A stretch of DNA of 64,000 nucleotides from an uncultured bacterium (GTDB taxonomy: Bacteria > Acidobacteriota > Thermoanaerobaculia > Multivoradales > JAHZIX01), in assembly GCA_965368975.1 (NCBI GenBank), contig CBDUPA010000017.1:32001-96000 (forward strand). Direction: 5' to 3'. The position numbers and the translations under genes were made by a program. Every line of letters starts with the position of its first letter. Position 1 is the first letter of the stretch. The notes beneath the pieces were generated by a model. The model was not told the DNA's origin. It made no database searches and was given only the letters and a program-made list of their open reading frames with translations. Below are positions 28,400 through 38,600 of the stretch, piece by piece.

Positions 28400-30784
28400 T
28401 CAGCGGGTTTCCGGTGGTGGCTGCAGGATCTGGCGCTCGATCTCGGTCGCCTCGTCGCCGCGGCCCAGGGCTTCCAGCAACTCGGCGTAGGCACGCAGGG
28501 CTTGCTGGTAGGTGGAGTGCTCGGGTGGCAGGGTATTGTGCATGTGGTCCAGCAAGGTTTCGTACAGGCCGACGGCCTCGGCTTGGCGGGCCGGTTGCCG
28601 GGCCAGCACGTCGATGCGCAGCTTCTCTGCGAACAGAGTGCGCGCGTGATCCGCGCCGAGTAGTTTGCTGCGCGTCTCCCGGACCTGACGATACAGTTCC
28701 TCGGCCTCCTCCAGGCGGTCCAAGTCGACGTAGACGGACGCGAGGTTGAGCTGGCTCAGGGTCGTGCTGAAATGCTCGGGGCCGAGCTGCTGCAGCTGGA
28801 TCTCCAGCGCGCGCTGGCACGCTTGGAGGGCCAGGTCGTGACGCTCGGTCTTGTCGTAGGTGACGCACAGGCCGACGAGCGCAGCGGCGACTCTCGGGTG
28901 CTCCTCGCCATAAGCAGCCGTGTAGGTGGCGGCTGCGCGGCGAAACAAGGCCTCGGCTTCCTGCTGGTTGCCCTGGGAGCCACGCAGTGAGCCGAGTCGC
29001 AGCAGGCTTGTGGCCAGGTCGGGGTCGTCCTCGGGCAAGTTGTCTTGCTGGATCGCGAGGCTGCGCACGAGAAGTGCTTCGGCTTGCTGCAGGTCGCCCT
29101 GGCTGCCGTAGTAGCCGGCGAGATAGCTGAGGGTTCGGCCCAGCGCCGGGTGGTCCTTGCCCAGCTTGGTCTCCTGGATCTCTCGCGCGCGCAGCAGCAG
29201 CTGCTCAGCTTCCGGGCCACGACCCTGCCTCCAGCGCAGGAAGCCCAGGCTGCCCAGCACGCCGGCGACGCTCGGGTGTTCCTCGCCGTGCAGCTCGCGG
29301 CGCAAGTCGAGAGCTTCGAGGAGCAAGGCTTCGGCCTGCTCGGTCTGTCCGAGGTTGATGTAGGCGGTGGCGATCGCCTCGAGCAACCGTGCCCGCGTCT
29401 CGGGTTGCCGTCGCAGCTGCTTGGCGAGGCGAGCGGCGCCTTTGTCGAGGAGTTCGCGGGCGGTCAGCGAGCCGGTATCCGAGCTCTGGATGTCGGCACG
29501 CTGGAACAGGCTGGTCAGGAAGCGCGACACCTCTTCGGCAGCGTGAGCTTCCTGCTGGGCTCGGGCAGCCTGTACTCGGGCCTGGCGCGCGAAGATCAGA
29601 GCACTGGTCAAGGCTGCAACTAGCACGAGGAGGCCAAGGCCGGCTGCGATCACCGATCTTTGGTGGCGGCGAACATACTTGCTCAGCCGATAGCGCCGGC
29701 TCGTGGGCGCCACGCTCACTGCCTGGTGGTGCAGGTAGCGGTCGATCTCGGCGCCCAGGGCCGAAGCGGATGGATAGCGTTGGTCGCGGTCGCGCTGGAT
29801 CGCCTTGGCGACAATCCAGCTCAGATCACCATGCAGACGCCTTTGGAGAGTGGCGGCGTCGAGACCGCGCAGGGCTGCCAGCTGCGCTTGCTTCTCGGGC
29901 GGCAGGCGCGCGAAGTGCTGGTCTAAAGGCGGCTGGTCTTCTTCCAGCGCCCGGCGGATGGCGCGCACCATGTTGGCGCCGTCCAGTTCCAGCGGCAGCA
30001 GGCCGACCAGCAGCTTGTAGAGCAGCATGCCCAGGGCGTAGACATCGACCCGCACGTCGCTGGCGTCGCTTGCTTGCTGGTCGTCACTGGAGAGGATCGC
30101 TTCGGGACTGAGGTACACTGGCGTGCCGATCAAGCCTTGGGTCAGCGCCCGGCTCTCGTGCAGGGGGGTGTCCAGGCCCTTGGCGATACCGAAGTCGATG
30201 ATTTTGGGGGTGACCTGGTTGCCCTCTTCCTTGACCAGCACATTGCCGGGCTTGAGATCGCGGTGGATCAGCGCCTTCTGGTGCGCGTGCTGGACGGCGT
30301 TGCAGGCCTGGCGGAATAGCTCCAGGCGACGCTCGAGGGGTAGCTGATGCTGGTCGCAGTAGTCCGTGATCGACGGCCCGTCGACGAACTCCATGACCAG
30401 GAAATTGTGTCCTTCTTCGGTGAGGCCAGCGCCGTAGAGGTGAGCGATGCCGCCGTGGTTCATGCGTGCCATGGCCCTCGCCTCGGCCTGGAAGCGCAGC
30501 TCGGCGTCGGTGCCGCGTAGGGCCTTGTCCAGCAGTTTGACCGCCACCCGGCGCTGTACCGGGCGTATTTGTTCTGCCAGGTAGACCGTACCCATGCCGC
30601 CCATGCCGAGGACTTCGAGAATGCGATAGTGGCCGATCCGGTGCGGGTGCTGCCCAGCCCACTCGATGGGTACTTCGCGGCTGAAGTCGCCGGAAGGGGT
30701 GTCGGGGCGCTGCACGGTATTCTCGGCAGAGGTGCTCTCGGCAGAGGTGTTCTCCGTGCTGCTACCTGAAGACTGTCGGTTCAT
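28400..30784 (-). CDS. Ser/Thr kinase-TM-TPR protein (copy 3 in transcription order)
   Basis: GMGGMGTV, HRDLKPGN, DFG, SPE; TM helix; kinesin-light-chain-like TPRs (G.EHP); ATGA overlap with upstream paralog. Confidence 0.92.
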   Translation of the reverse strand: MNRQSSGSSTENTSAESTSAENTVQRPDTPSGDFSREVPIEWAGQHPHRIGHYRILEVLGMGGMGTVYLAEQIRPVQRRVAVKLLDKALRGTDAELRFQAEARAMARMNHGGIAHLYGAGLTEEGHNFLVMEFVDGPSITDYCDQHQLPLERRLELFRQACNAVQHAHQKALIHRDLKPGNVLVKEEGNQVTPKIIDFGIAKGLDTPLHESRALTQGLIGTPVYLSPEAILSSDDQQASDASDVRVDVYALGMLLYKLLVGLLPLELDGANMVRAIRRALEEDQPPLDQHFARLPPEKQAQLAALRGLDAATLQRRLHGDLSWIVAKAIQRDRDQRYPSASALGAEIDRYLHHQAVSVAPTSRRYRLSKYVRRHQRSVIAAGLGLLVLVAALTSALIFARQARVQAARAQQEAHAAEEVSRFLTSLFQRADIQSSDTGSLTARELLDKGAARLAKQLRRQPETRARLLEAIATAYINLGQTEQAEALLLEALDLRRELHGEEHPSVAGVLGSLGFLRWRQGRGPEAEQLLLRAREIQETKLGKDHPALGRTLSYLAGYYGSQGDLQQAEALLVRSLAIQQDNLPEDDPDLATSLLRLGSLRGSQGNQQEAEALFRRAAATYTAAYGEEHPRVAAALVGLCVTYDKTERHDLALQACQRALEIQLQQLGPEHFSTTLSQLNLASVYVDLDRLEEAEELYRQVRETRSKLLGADHARTLFAEKLRIDVLARQPARQAEAVGLYETLLDHMHNTLPPEHSTYQQALRAYAELLEALGRGDEATEIERQILQPPPETR

Positions 30785-33210
30785 GAAGTCGGTTCCGCAG
30801 GGTCCGCCCCAGAATCACCGGTACTTGCTTCTGGGGCGAGAGTGTCATCCGTGACCGGCGGCGTCTGCTCCAGCAGCTGGCGTTCGATCTCGACCGCCTG
30901 GTCATCGCGGCCCAGCCGGTGCAGAAGCTCGGCGTAGTCGTTGAGGGCTTCGCGCCGTTGCGGGTGATCCCGCGGTAGGCTGTGACGCTGCTGGTCAAGC
31001 AAATCTTCGAAGAGCTGCAGTGCTTCTTCACCCTTGGCGGGCTGCTCGGTGGCCTGCGCGCCGAGGGTCACCGCCAAGCTGTCCTGCACGGCCAGTGTGC
31101 GTGCGTGCCCGGGCTGCAGGCTCCGGCGCCGTGTCTCGAGCGCTGCACGCAGCAAGGGCTCGGCGTCTGCAAAGCGCTGCTGCCGCATATAGAGAGCGGC
31201 CAGGTTGAACTGGCTTTGGCTGGTCTTGACGTGGTCGGGGCCGAGATGCTCCAAGCGGATCTCCAGCGAGCGTCGGCAGGCCTCGTCAGCTTGTTGCCAT
31301 CGCTCGAGAGACCCTAGCGTCAAGCACTGCCCTGCCAGGACGTCACCGATCACGGGGTGACGGTTGCCCTGGATCTCGGTGAACAGCTCGAGGGCCAGTT
31401 CGTACTTCCGCTGGGCCTGTGCCATATCGCCCTGTCCAGCTTGCAGCGAGCCCATGCGGAAGAGATTGACGGCGCGCTGCCGCAGGTCGACGTCCGACTG
31501 TACCGCCTGGATGTCGAGTGCGCGCTGCAGGATCGTTTCGGCCTCGGCCAAGCGGCCGGACTGGCCCAACAAGCCACCGAGCAGGCTGAGCGTCTCGACG
31601 ACTTCGGGGGCGTTCCAGTCCAGTTGCTCCTGCTGGATCTCGAGCGCCCGGTGCAGGAGCTGTTCGGCTTCCGCCTCGCGCCCCTGCGTCCAGCGCAAGA
31701 AGCCGAGCGCCTGCAGGGCTTCGGCGATCTTGGGGTGTTGCTCGCCATGCTGCTGCCGGATCAGTTCCAGAGCCCTGGTGAGCATCGCTTCGGCTTCCTC
31801 GCGCTGCTGGAGATTGGTGTAGGCGCGGCCGATCGCCAGGAGTAGCTCGGAGCGGGTCTCGGGCTGGTTGCGCAGATCCTCGTGGATCAAGCGCGCGCCG
31901 CGGTTGAGCAGGTCGCGAGCGGAAGCGTCGCCGGCGTTGCCGGTGGTCGGGTCGGCCTGGCCGAAGAGATCGACCAGGAACTGCGCCACTTGTTGCGCTG
32001 ACTCGGCCTCCTGAGACGCTTCCTGCGCGGACCCCTGGGCGCGCTGGTAGAGCACGCCCAGTCCGACAGTGCTGGCGGTCAGAGCCAGCAGGGCGAAGGC
32101 CGCGACCAGCACGGCGGCACGGTTGCGGCGCACGAACTTGCCCACTTGGTAGAGGCGGCTGGGCGGCCCGACACTCACCGGCAGCGATCGCAAGTGCCGT
32201 TTCAAGTCGGCGCTCAGGTGCGAGGCCGAGCCGTAGCGCCGGTCGCGGTCGCGGTGTACGGCTCGGCACAGGATCCAGTCGAGGTCACCATGCAACTTGC
32301 GTTCGAGGGCGGCCGGTGTGGTCGAGCGGCTGGCGGCGAGGCGCTCGCGGTCCGGTCTGGGCAGCGCGGCGAACGTCGTGCAGGCACGCGGCAAGTCTTG
32401 CTCGATGATCCTACGAATGACCCGCACCATGTTGCCTTGGTCTTGCTCGAGTGGCAGCACGCCGACGAGCAATTTGTACAGCATCATGCCGAGGGCGTAG
32501 ACGTCGCTGCGAGTGTCCAGCGCTGCATCCAGCTCCTGTTCTGCATCGGCGGCGAGGATGGCTTCCGGGCTGAGGTAGAGGGGAGTACCCACGAGCCCCT
32601 GGGTCAAGCCCTCGTTGTCGCTGAGCGGGGAGTCCAGGCCCTTGGCGATGCCGAAGTCGATGATCTTGGGCACCGCTTCGCCGTCGACCTCTTCGACCAG
32701 GACATTGCCGGGTTTGAGGTCGCGGTGGATGATCGCCTTCTGGTGCGCGTGCTGGACCGCGTCACACACCTTGCGGAAGAGCTCCAGCCGCGTGTCGGTC
32801 GGAAGCCGGTGCAGATCGCAGTAGTCGACGATCGAGGGGCCATCGATGTGCTCGAGGACCAGAAAGCTGTGTCCGTCCTCGGTGACGCCGGCACCATAGA
32901 AGTGCGCGATCCCCGGGTGACTCATCCGGGCCAGAGCCTGGCACTCGGCCTGGAAGCGTTGCTCGCCGCGGGTCGTCTGGCGGCGGCGGTCGAGCAGCTT
33001 GAGGGCCACGCGACGCTGTACTGGACGTGTCTGCTCGGCCAGGTACACCGTGCCCATGCCACCGCTACCGAGGATCTCGACGATGCGATAGGGCCCGATC
33101 CGTCGCGGATGGTGCCCTTGCCACTGCACCTCGACCTCGCGACTGAAGTTGCCGGAGTCCGGGGTTGGGGGCGGAGCGGACCGATTGTCACGGGACTTGG
33201 GAGGTGCCAT
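30781..33210 (-). CDS. Ser/Thr kinase-TM-TPR protein (copy 2)
   Basis: Same motifs; ATG 33210 (MAPPKS) overlaps upstream TAA (TAATG), preferred over track start 33354. Confidence 0.9.
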   Translation of the reverse strand: MAPPKSRDNRSAPPPTPDSGNFSREVEVQWQGHHPRRIGPYRIVEILGSGGMGTVYLAEQTRPVQRRVALKLLDRRRQTTRGEQRFQAECQALARMSHPGIAHFYGAGVTEDGHSFLVLEHIDGPSIVDYCDLHRLPTDTRLELFRKVCDAVQHAHQKAIIHRDLKPGNVLVEEVDGEAVPKIIDFGIAKGLDSPLSDNEGLTQGLVGTPLYLSPEAILAADAEQELDAALDTRSDVYALGMMLYKLLVGVLPLEQDQGNMVRVIRRIIEQDLPRACTTFAALPRPDRERLAASRSTTPAALERKLHGDLDWILCRAVHRDRDRRYGSASHLSADLKRHLRSLPVSVGPPSRLYQVGKFVRRNRAAVLVAAFALLALTASTVGLGVLYQRAQGSAQEASQEAESAQQVAQFLVDLFGQADPTTGNAGDASARDLLNRGARLIHEDLRNQPETRSELLLAIGRAYTNLQQREEAEAMLTRALELIRQQHGEQHPKIAEALQALGFLRWTQGREAEAEQLLHRALEIQQEQLDWNAPEVVETLSLLGGLLGQSGRLAEAETILQRALDIQAVQSDVDLRQRAVNLFRMGSLQAGQGDMAQAQRKYELALELFTEIQGNRHPVIGDVLAGQCLTLGSLERWQQADEACRRSLEIRLEHLGPDHVKTSQSQFNLAALYMRQQRFADAEPLLRAALETRRRSLQPGHARTLAVQDSLAVTLGAQATEQPAKGEEALQLFEDLLDQQRHSLPRDHPQRREALNDYAELLHRLGRDDQAVEIERQLLEQTPPVTDDTLAPEASTGDSGADPAEPTS

Positions 33211-35486
33211 TACATCTTGGGGCGCTCGCGTCCCAGCTGCCAGAGGAGGTCTTCGTATTCGCTGAGGGTGGCGAGCCGCTCGGGGTGGTCTGGCGGCAAG
33301 CTGTCGCGCTGCGCCGCGAGGAGTCGTTCGTACACGTCCACGGCTTGCTCCCACTTTCGCGCTTGTGCGAGGACGAAAGCCAAGGCGTGCTCTACTGCCA
33401 GGGTGCGTGGATGCCTGGGGCCGAAGGCGTTGCTACGCGTTTGCAGGGCGGCGCGCAACAGGGGCTCGGCCTCATTGAAGCGTTGCTGGTTGATGTGCAG
33501 TGCGGCCAGGTTGAACTGGCTCTGGCTGGTCTTGACGTGGTTGGGGCCGAGCTGTGCCGAGCGGATGTCCAGCGAGCGCTGGCACGCTTCCAGCGCTTCC
33601 TCCGGTCGCTGCAGCCGTCCCAGCGCCTGGCAGGCCGCGGACAGTGCGTCACTGACCAGCAGGTGATCGGGACCATAGAGCTCGACTACCAAGTCACGCG
33701 CGCGCAGCAGGTGTCCGAGCGCCTCCTCTACTTCCCCCTGCGCGCCGCGCAGCGAACCCAGGCGCATCAGGTTGACCGCGTGGTAGCGTGGGTGGATCTC
33801 GGGGTGGAGGTCCTGGATTTGCAGCGCCTGCTGCAGGTAGTGCTCGGCCTGCTCCAGTTGGTTGCCGCTGCCGGTCAGCTCGACCAGTGTGCTCAGCGTT
33901 TCGACGACTTCGGGGTGCTCGTTGCCAAGCGCCTGGCGCTGTACTTCCAGAGCGCGCAACAAGAGTCGCTCGGCTTCTGGCTCCTGCCCTTGCCGGTAGC
34001 GCAGAGCCCCTAGGGCCCGCAGGACGGCGGCTTCCTGCGGACTGCCTTCGCCGTAGATGTTGCGCGACAGCGTGAGGGCCTCCTCGAGCATGGCGTCGGC
34101 CTCCTCGCTCAGCTGCAGCTGCGAGTAGGCACGGCCCATGGTCAGCAGCAGGCGCGCTCGGGCTTCCGGCTGATTCTCGAGCTGAAAGCGGATCTGCTCG
34201 GCACCGCGATCGAGCAGGCCGCGGATGGTGTCCCCTTGACGCCGAGCGGGGTCCGTCTGCCGGAGCAGGTCGTCGAGGAACGTCGAGACGGCTTCCGCGG
34301 TGGCAGCCTCGGCGCGCGCGCGCGCGGCTTCGGCGTTGGCGCGCTGGTTCTCACGCAAAATGCCGGCGGCGGCTGCGAGCAGCAGCAGCAAGACGAGCAC
34401 GGTGGCAGCGGTGGCCCAGCGGTGCCGGCGCAGCAGCTTGCCAAGGCGGTAGCGCAGGGATGGCGGACCGGCGAGGACGGGTTCGTCGCGTAGGTAGCGG
34501 CGCAGGTCGGCGGCCAAGTCGAGCGCCGACGAGTAGCGCTGCTCGCGATCAAGGTGGATCGCGCGGCTGATGATCCAGTCCAGGTCACCGTGTAGCCGCC
34601 GGCCCAGGGCTGCTGGCGACAATCCGCCGCGCAAGGACGCGAGCTCGACCTGCTGTTCTGGCGGCAGGCTGCTCAGCAAGCGGCTGGGAGCTGGGTGATG
34701 ACCGTTCAGAATCTTCTGCACCACGGTCACCATCTTGGTGCCCAGGTTCTCGAGCGGCTGCGCACCCACCAGCAGCTTGTAGAGCACCATGCCGAGGCCG
34801 TAGATGTCGACCCGCGTGTCCGGGACCATGTCCGCGCCCTCTGCCGCCAGGATCGTTTCCGGGCTGATGTAGAGCGGTGAACCCACCACGCCCTGGCTGC
34901 GTGTGGTGTCCGAAATGGGCTGGTCGAGGTGCTTGGCGATGCCGAAGTCGATGACCTTGGGCTGCGGTGCTGGGTCCGCTTCTTGCACCAAGATATTGGA
35001 CGGCTTCAGGTCGCGATGGATGAACGCCTTGTGGTGCGCATGCTGGACGGCCTCGCACACTTGGCAGAACAGTTCCAGCCGTGCCGCCAGTGGTAGTCGG
35101 TGCTGGTCGCAGTACTCGAGGATGTCGCAGCCGTCGATGTGCTCCATGACCAGGAAGCTTTGATCCTCCTGAGTCACACCCGCGGCATAGAGGTGGGCGA
35201 TGCCCGGGTGATTCATCTGGGCGAGCGCCTGGCACTCGGCCTGGAAACGCGACTCGGCGGGTGTTGCACGGAAGCGCTCGTCCAGCAGTTTGATGGCCAC
35301 GAGACGCTGGACCGGCTGCGTTTGCTCGCTCAGGTAGACAGTCCCGAAACCCCCAGTGCCCAGGACATCGAGAATGCGGTAATCACCGATCCATTCTGGG
35401 TGCCGTCCCCGCCACTGGATTGGCAGTTCGAGGCGGAAGTCGCCCGAAGCCGAAGTGGGGGCAGCTTTGCGAGGCCCAGCGATCAC
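33210..35486 (-). CDS. Ser/Thr kinase-TM-TPR protein (copy 1)
   Basis: GTGGFGTV, HRDLKPSN, DFG, TPRs; start uncertain (GTG 35486 or up to 35555). Confidence 0.88.
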   Translation of the reverse strand: MIAGPRKAAPTSASGDFRLELPIQWRGRHPEWIGDYRILDVLGTGGFGTVYLSEQTQPVQRLVAIKLLDERFRATPAESRFQAECQALAQMNHPGIAHLYAAGVTQEDQSFLVMEHIDGCDILEYCDQHRLPLAARLELFCQVCEAVQHAHHKAFIHRDLKPSNILVQEADPAPQPKVIDFGIAKHLDQPISDTTRSQGVVGSPLYISPETILAAEGADMVPDTRVDIYGLGMVLYKLLVGAQPLENLGTKMVTVVQKILNGHHPAPSRLLSSLPPEQQVELASLRGGLSPAALGRRLHGDLDWIISRAIHLDREQRYSSALDLAADLRRYLRDEPVLAGPPSLRYRLGKLLRRHRWATAATVLVLLLLLAAAAGILRENQRANAEAARARAEAATAEAVSTFLDDLLRQTDPARRQGDTIRGLLDRGAEQIRFQLENQPEARARLLLTMGRAYSQLQLSEEADAMLEEALTLSRNIYGEGSPQEAAVLRALGALRYRQGQEPEAERLLLRALEVQRQALGNEHPEVVETLSTLVELTGSGNQLEQAEHYLQQALQIQDLHPEIHPRYHAVNLMRLGSLRGAQGEVEEALGHLLRARDLVVELYGPDHLLVSDALSAACQALGRLQRPEEALEACQRSLDIRSAQLGPNHVKTSQSQFNLAALHINQQRFNEAEPLLRAALQTRSNAFGPRHPRTLAVEHALAFVLAQARKWEQAVDVYERLLAAQRDSLPPDHPERLATLSEYEDLLWQLGRERPKM

Positions 35487-35640
35487 TCGTTTTTCGTCCC
35501 GTGCGTAAATGATTGAAGATAAGTGAGGTATCGGAGCTTCTCCAACTATACACAAAATGCCACAGGCGCGAGGATGGCGGCTGTCGGTGTAGAATCATCG
35601 TGGTTCTTGGATCCACCGGCTCCGCCTCGACGACCTACCT

Positions 35641-38600
35641 GTGACTCAAAATTCGCGCACCCACCTGACCTCGCAGCAGCGCGCCCTGATGCGGCGCCTG
35701 CTCGCGCGCAAGGGCGTCGCCGCGCCAGCCGCCGATGCCCTGGCTGCCGGCGAGTTGGTGCCCCGCTCGCCGGAGGACGATCCGCCGCCGCTGTCGTTCG
35801 CCCAGCAGCGCATGTGGCTGCTCGACAGCCTGCAGCCGGGTAACCCCTTCTACAACATCCCCGACATCCTCTTCTTGGACGGCCCCCTGGAGCCGAGACG
35901 CTTGCACCGGGCCTTGCGCGGCGTGGTCGAGCGGCACGAGGTGCTGCGCACCGCCTATGCCTTGCCGCCCGACGCCGAGGCTACCGCGTCCGCGGCGTTG
36001 GGAGCATCTCCGGCAGCAGCAGCGCGGCCCCGCGAGCCCTGCCAGCTAGTACAAGCGCAGGTCGATCTGCCCTTGCCGCTGCTCGATCTGCGGGGTCTCG
36101 CCGCTGATCCCGAGCGACAGGCAGCCGAGGTCGAGCGCTTGGGTGAGGCCGAGGCGCGTCGCCCCTTACGCCTCGATCAGCCGCCGTCACTGCGCACCAC
36201 CCTGGTACGCTTGGAGCCGCACCGGCACGCCTTCTTCGTCGTGCTGCACCACATCGCCGCCGACGGCTGGTCGAAGTCGGTGCTGGCGGCCGAATTGGCC
36301 GCGCTCTACCGAGGGGCCGCCCTGCCACCCTTGCCGATCCAGTATGCCGACTTCGCGCTCTGGCAGCGGCGCTGGCTGGGGCAGGGCGAGCTGGAGCGGC
36401 AGCTGGCGTGGTGGCGCGGCCAGCTGGGCGAGGAGGCCGATGCCGGTGCCGTCACGGCGCTGGAACTGCCGACCGACCGTCCGCGGCCGCCCGAGTTCAG
36501 CCATCGTGGTGCCGGCCGGCCGCTGATCGTTCCGGCTGGACTGGTGAGTCGGCTTCGTGCTCTCGGCCGCGCGGGCACGGGTGACAAGGGCACTGGCCAG
36601 GGCTCCGGCGACGTGACTCTCTTCATGTTGCTGCTGGCCGGGCTGCAGGCGCTGTTGTACCGACTCTCGGGGCAGAGCGACATCGCCGTCGGTTCACCAG
36701 TGGCCAACCGCCGCCGCGCCGAACTGGAGGCGTTGATCGGGTTCTTTGCCAACACGCTGGTACTGCGCACCGACCTGCGCGGCGGTCCGTCGTTCCGGCA
36801 GCTACTGGAGCGCGTGCGGCACGTCACCCACGATGCCTTCGAGCACCAGGACCTGCCCTTCGAGCGCCTGGTCGAGGAGCTGCAGCCGGCGCGCGACCTC
36901 AGCCGTACGCCGCTGTTCCAGGTGTTGCTGGTGTTGCAGAACACGCCGCCGGCCAGTGCGATCGAGATGAGCGCCGAGGGAAGTCCGAGCGGTGAAGTCT
37001 CACCTGCAGGCGACGGTCCGCTGGTGCTGCAGCGTCGGCCGCTCGACACCGGCACCGCCAAATTCGATCTCACCGTCGACCTGGCATCTTCCGAGCCCGG
37101 TGCTGGGGACGTCGATGGAGCCCTGCTCGGCGGCATCGAGTACGCCACGGACCTGTTCGACGCCACCACCGTCGACCGCCTGGGCGCGCAGCTGGTGCGT
37201 CTACTGCAAGCCGCGGTGGCCCAGCCGGAGCATCCGATCTCGGCGCTGTCCCTGGTAACGCCGGCCGAGCGTCAGCAGTTGTGCGTCGAGTGGCAGCTGT
37301 TCGAGCGGGCAGGAAACGCGGCCGAGTCCACCAGCGACGTCTCGATCGCCGCGCCCGTGCTGCGCTGGGCCGCGCGCTCCCCAGACTTGATCGCCGTCAC
37401 GGCCGACCGGCATTTCCTCAGCTATGGCGAACTGGTGCGCCGCTCCGGGCACCTGGCGGCGGCGCTGCGGGCTCACGGGGTCGGCGTCGACGAGCAGGTG
37501 TGTATCGCGCAGGACCGCGTCTGCGGTTACCCGCTGGCGTTGCTCGGTGTGCTGCGCGCTGGGGCTGCTTGTGTGCCGCTTGACCTGACGTGGCCGGCGG
37601 CGCGGCACGAGATCCTGCTGGCCGAGGCCAAGCCACGGCTGGTCCTCGACGCGCCGACGCTGGCTCAACTTCTAGAAGAGGGGCTTCTAGAAGAGGGGCC
37701 TCTGCAGGGTCGTCTGCCGGCAGAGAGCGACCGGTTGGAGGCAGACGGGCCGCCATCGATCCAGGCCCTGGCCTACGTGCTCTACACCTCCGGCTCGACC
37801 GGCACGCCGAAGGGCGTGGCCATGCCGCATGGTCCTCTGCGCCACATGCTCGCCTGGCAGGTACGTGCCTCCGCCGCAGGTGCCAGCGCTGACACGGTAC
37901 GCTCTGAGCGCACGCTGCAATTCGCCTCGCCCGGCTTCGATGTCTCGTTCCAGGAGATCTTCTCGACCTGGTCCGCTGGCGGCACGCTGGTGATGGTGCG
38001 CGAAGCCGTGCGGCGCGACCCCGAAACGTTGCTCGACTTTCTCGCCGAGCGCCGGATCGGCCGGCTGTTCTTGCCCTTCGTAGCGCTGCAGGCGCTGGCG
38101 GAAGTGGCCGCGGCGCAGCGCGCGGGCCGCTGGCCAGCCTTGCGCGAAGTCATGGTCGCTGGCGAGCAACTGCGTGTCGGCCCAGCGCTGCGGACGTGGT
38201 TCGGCGACCTCCTGCGCGGCAAGCGGGCGGCTCGCCTGGCCAACCACTACGGCCCCACCGAGGCGCACGCGGTCAGTGCCGAGATCCTGCCGGCTGACGT
38301 CGAGACCTGGCCATCGCTGCCACTGGTCGGTCGGCCGGTGGCTGGGGCCGTGCTCTACGTGGTCGATCCGGACGCCGCCGTGCACGGCTGGCCCGGAGTG
38401 CTGTCGCCGATCGGTGTCCCGGGCGAGCTGTTGATCGGCGAAGTGACGGTTGGTGATGGCGCGCTGGCGCGCGGCTACCTCGACCGCCCGCGCTGGACCG
38501 CCGAACGCTTCGTGCCGGACGGAGCGGGGATCTTTGCGTGTGGCGCTGGGAAGTTACCGCATGGAGGCCGTCTCTATCGCAGCGGCGACCTGGCGCGCTA

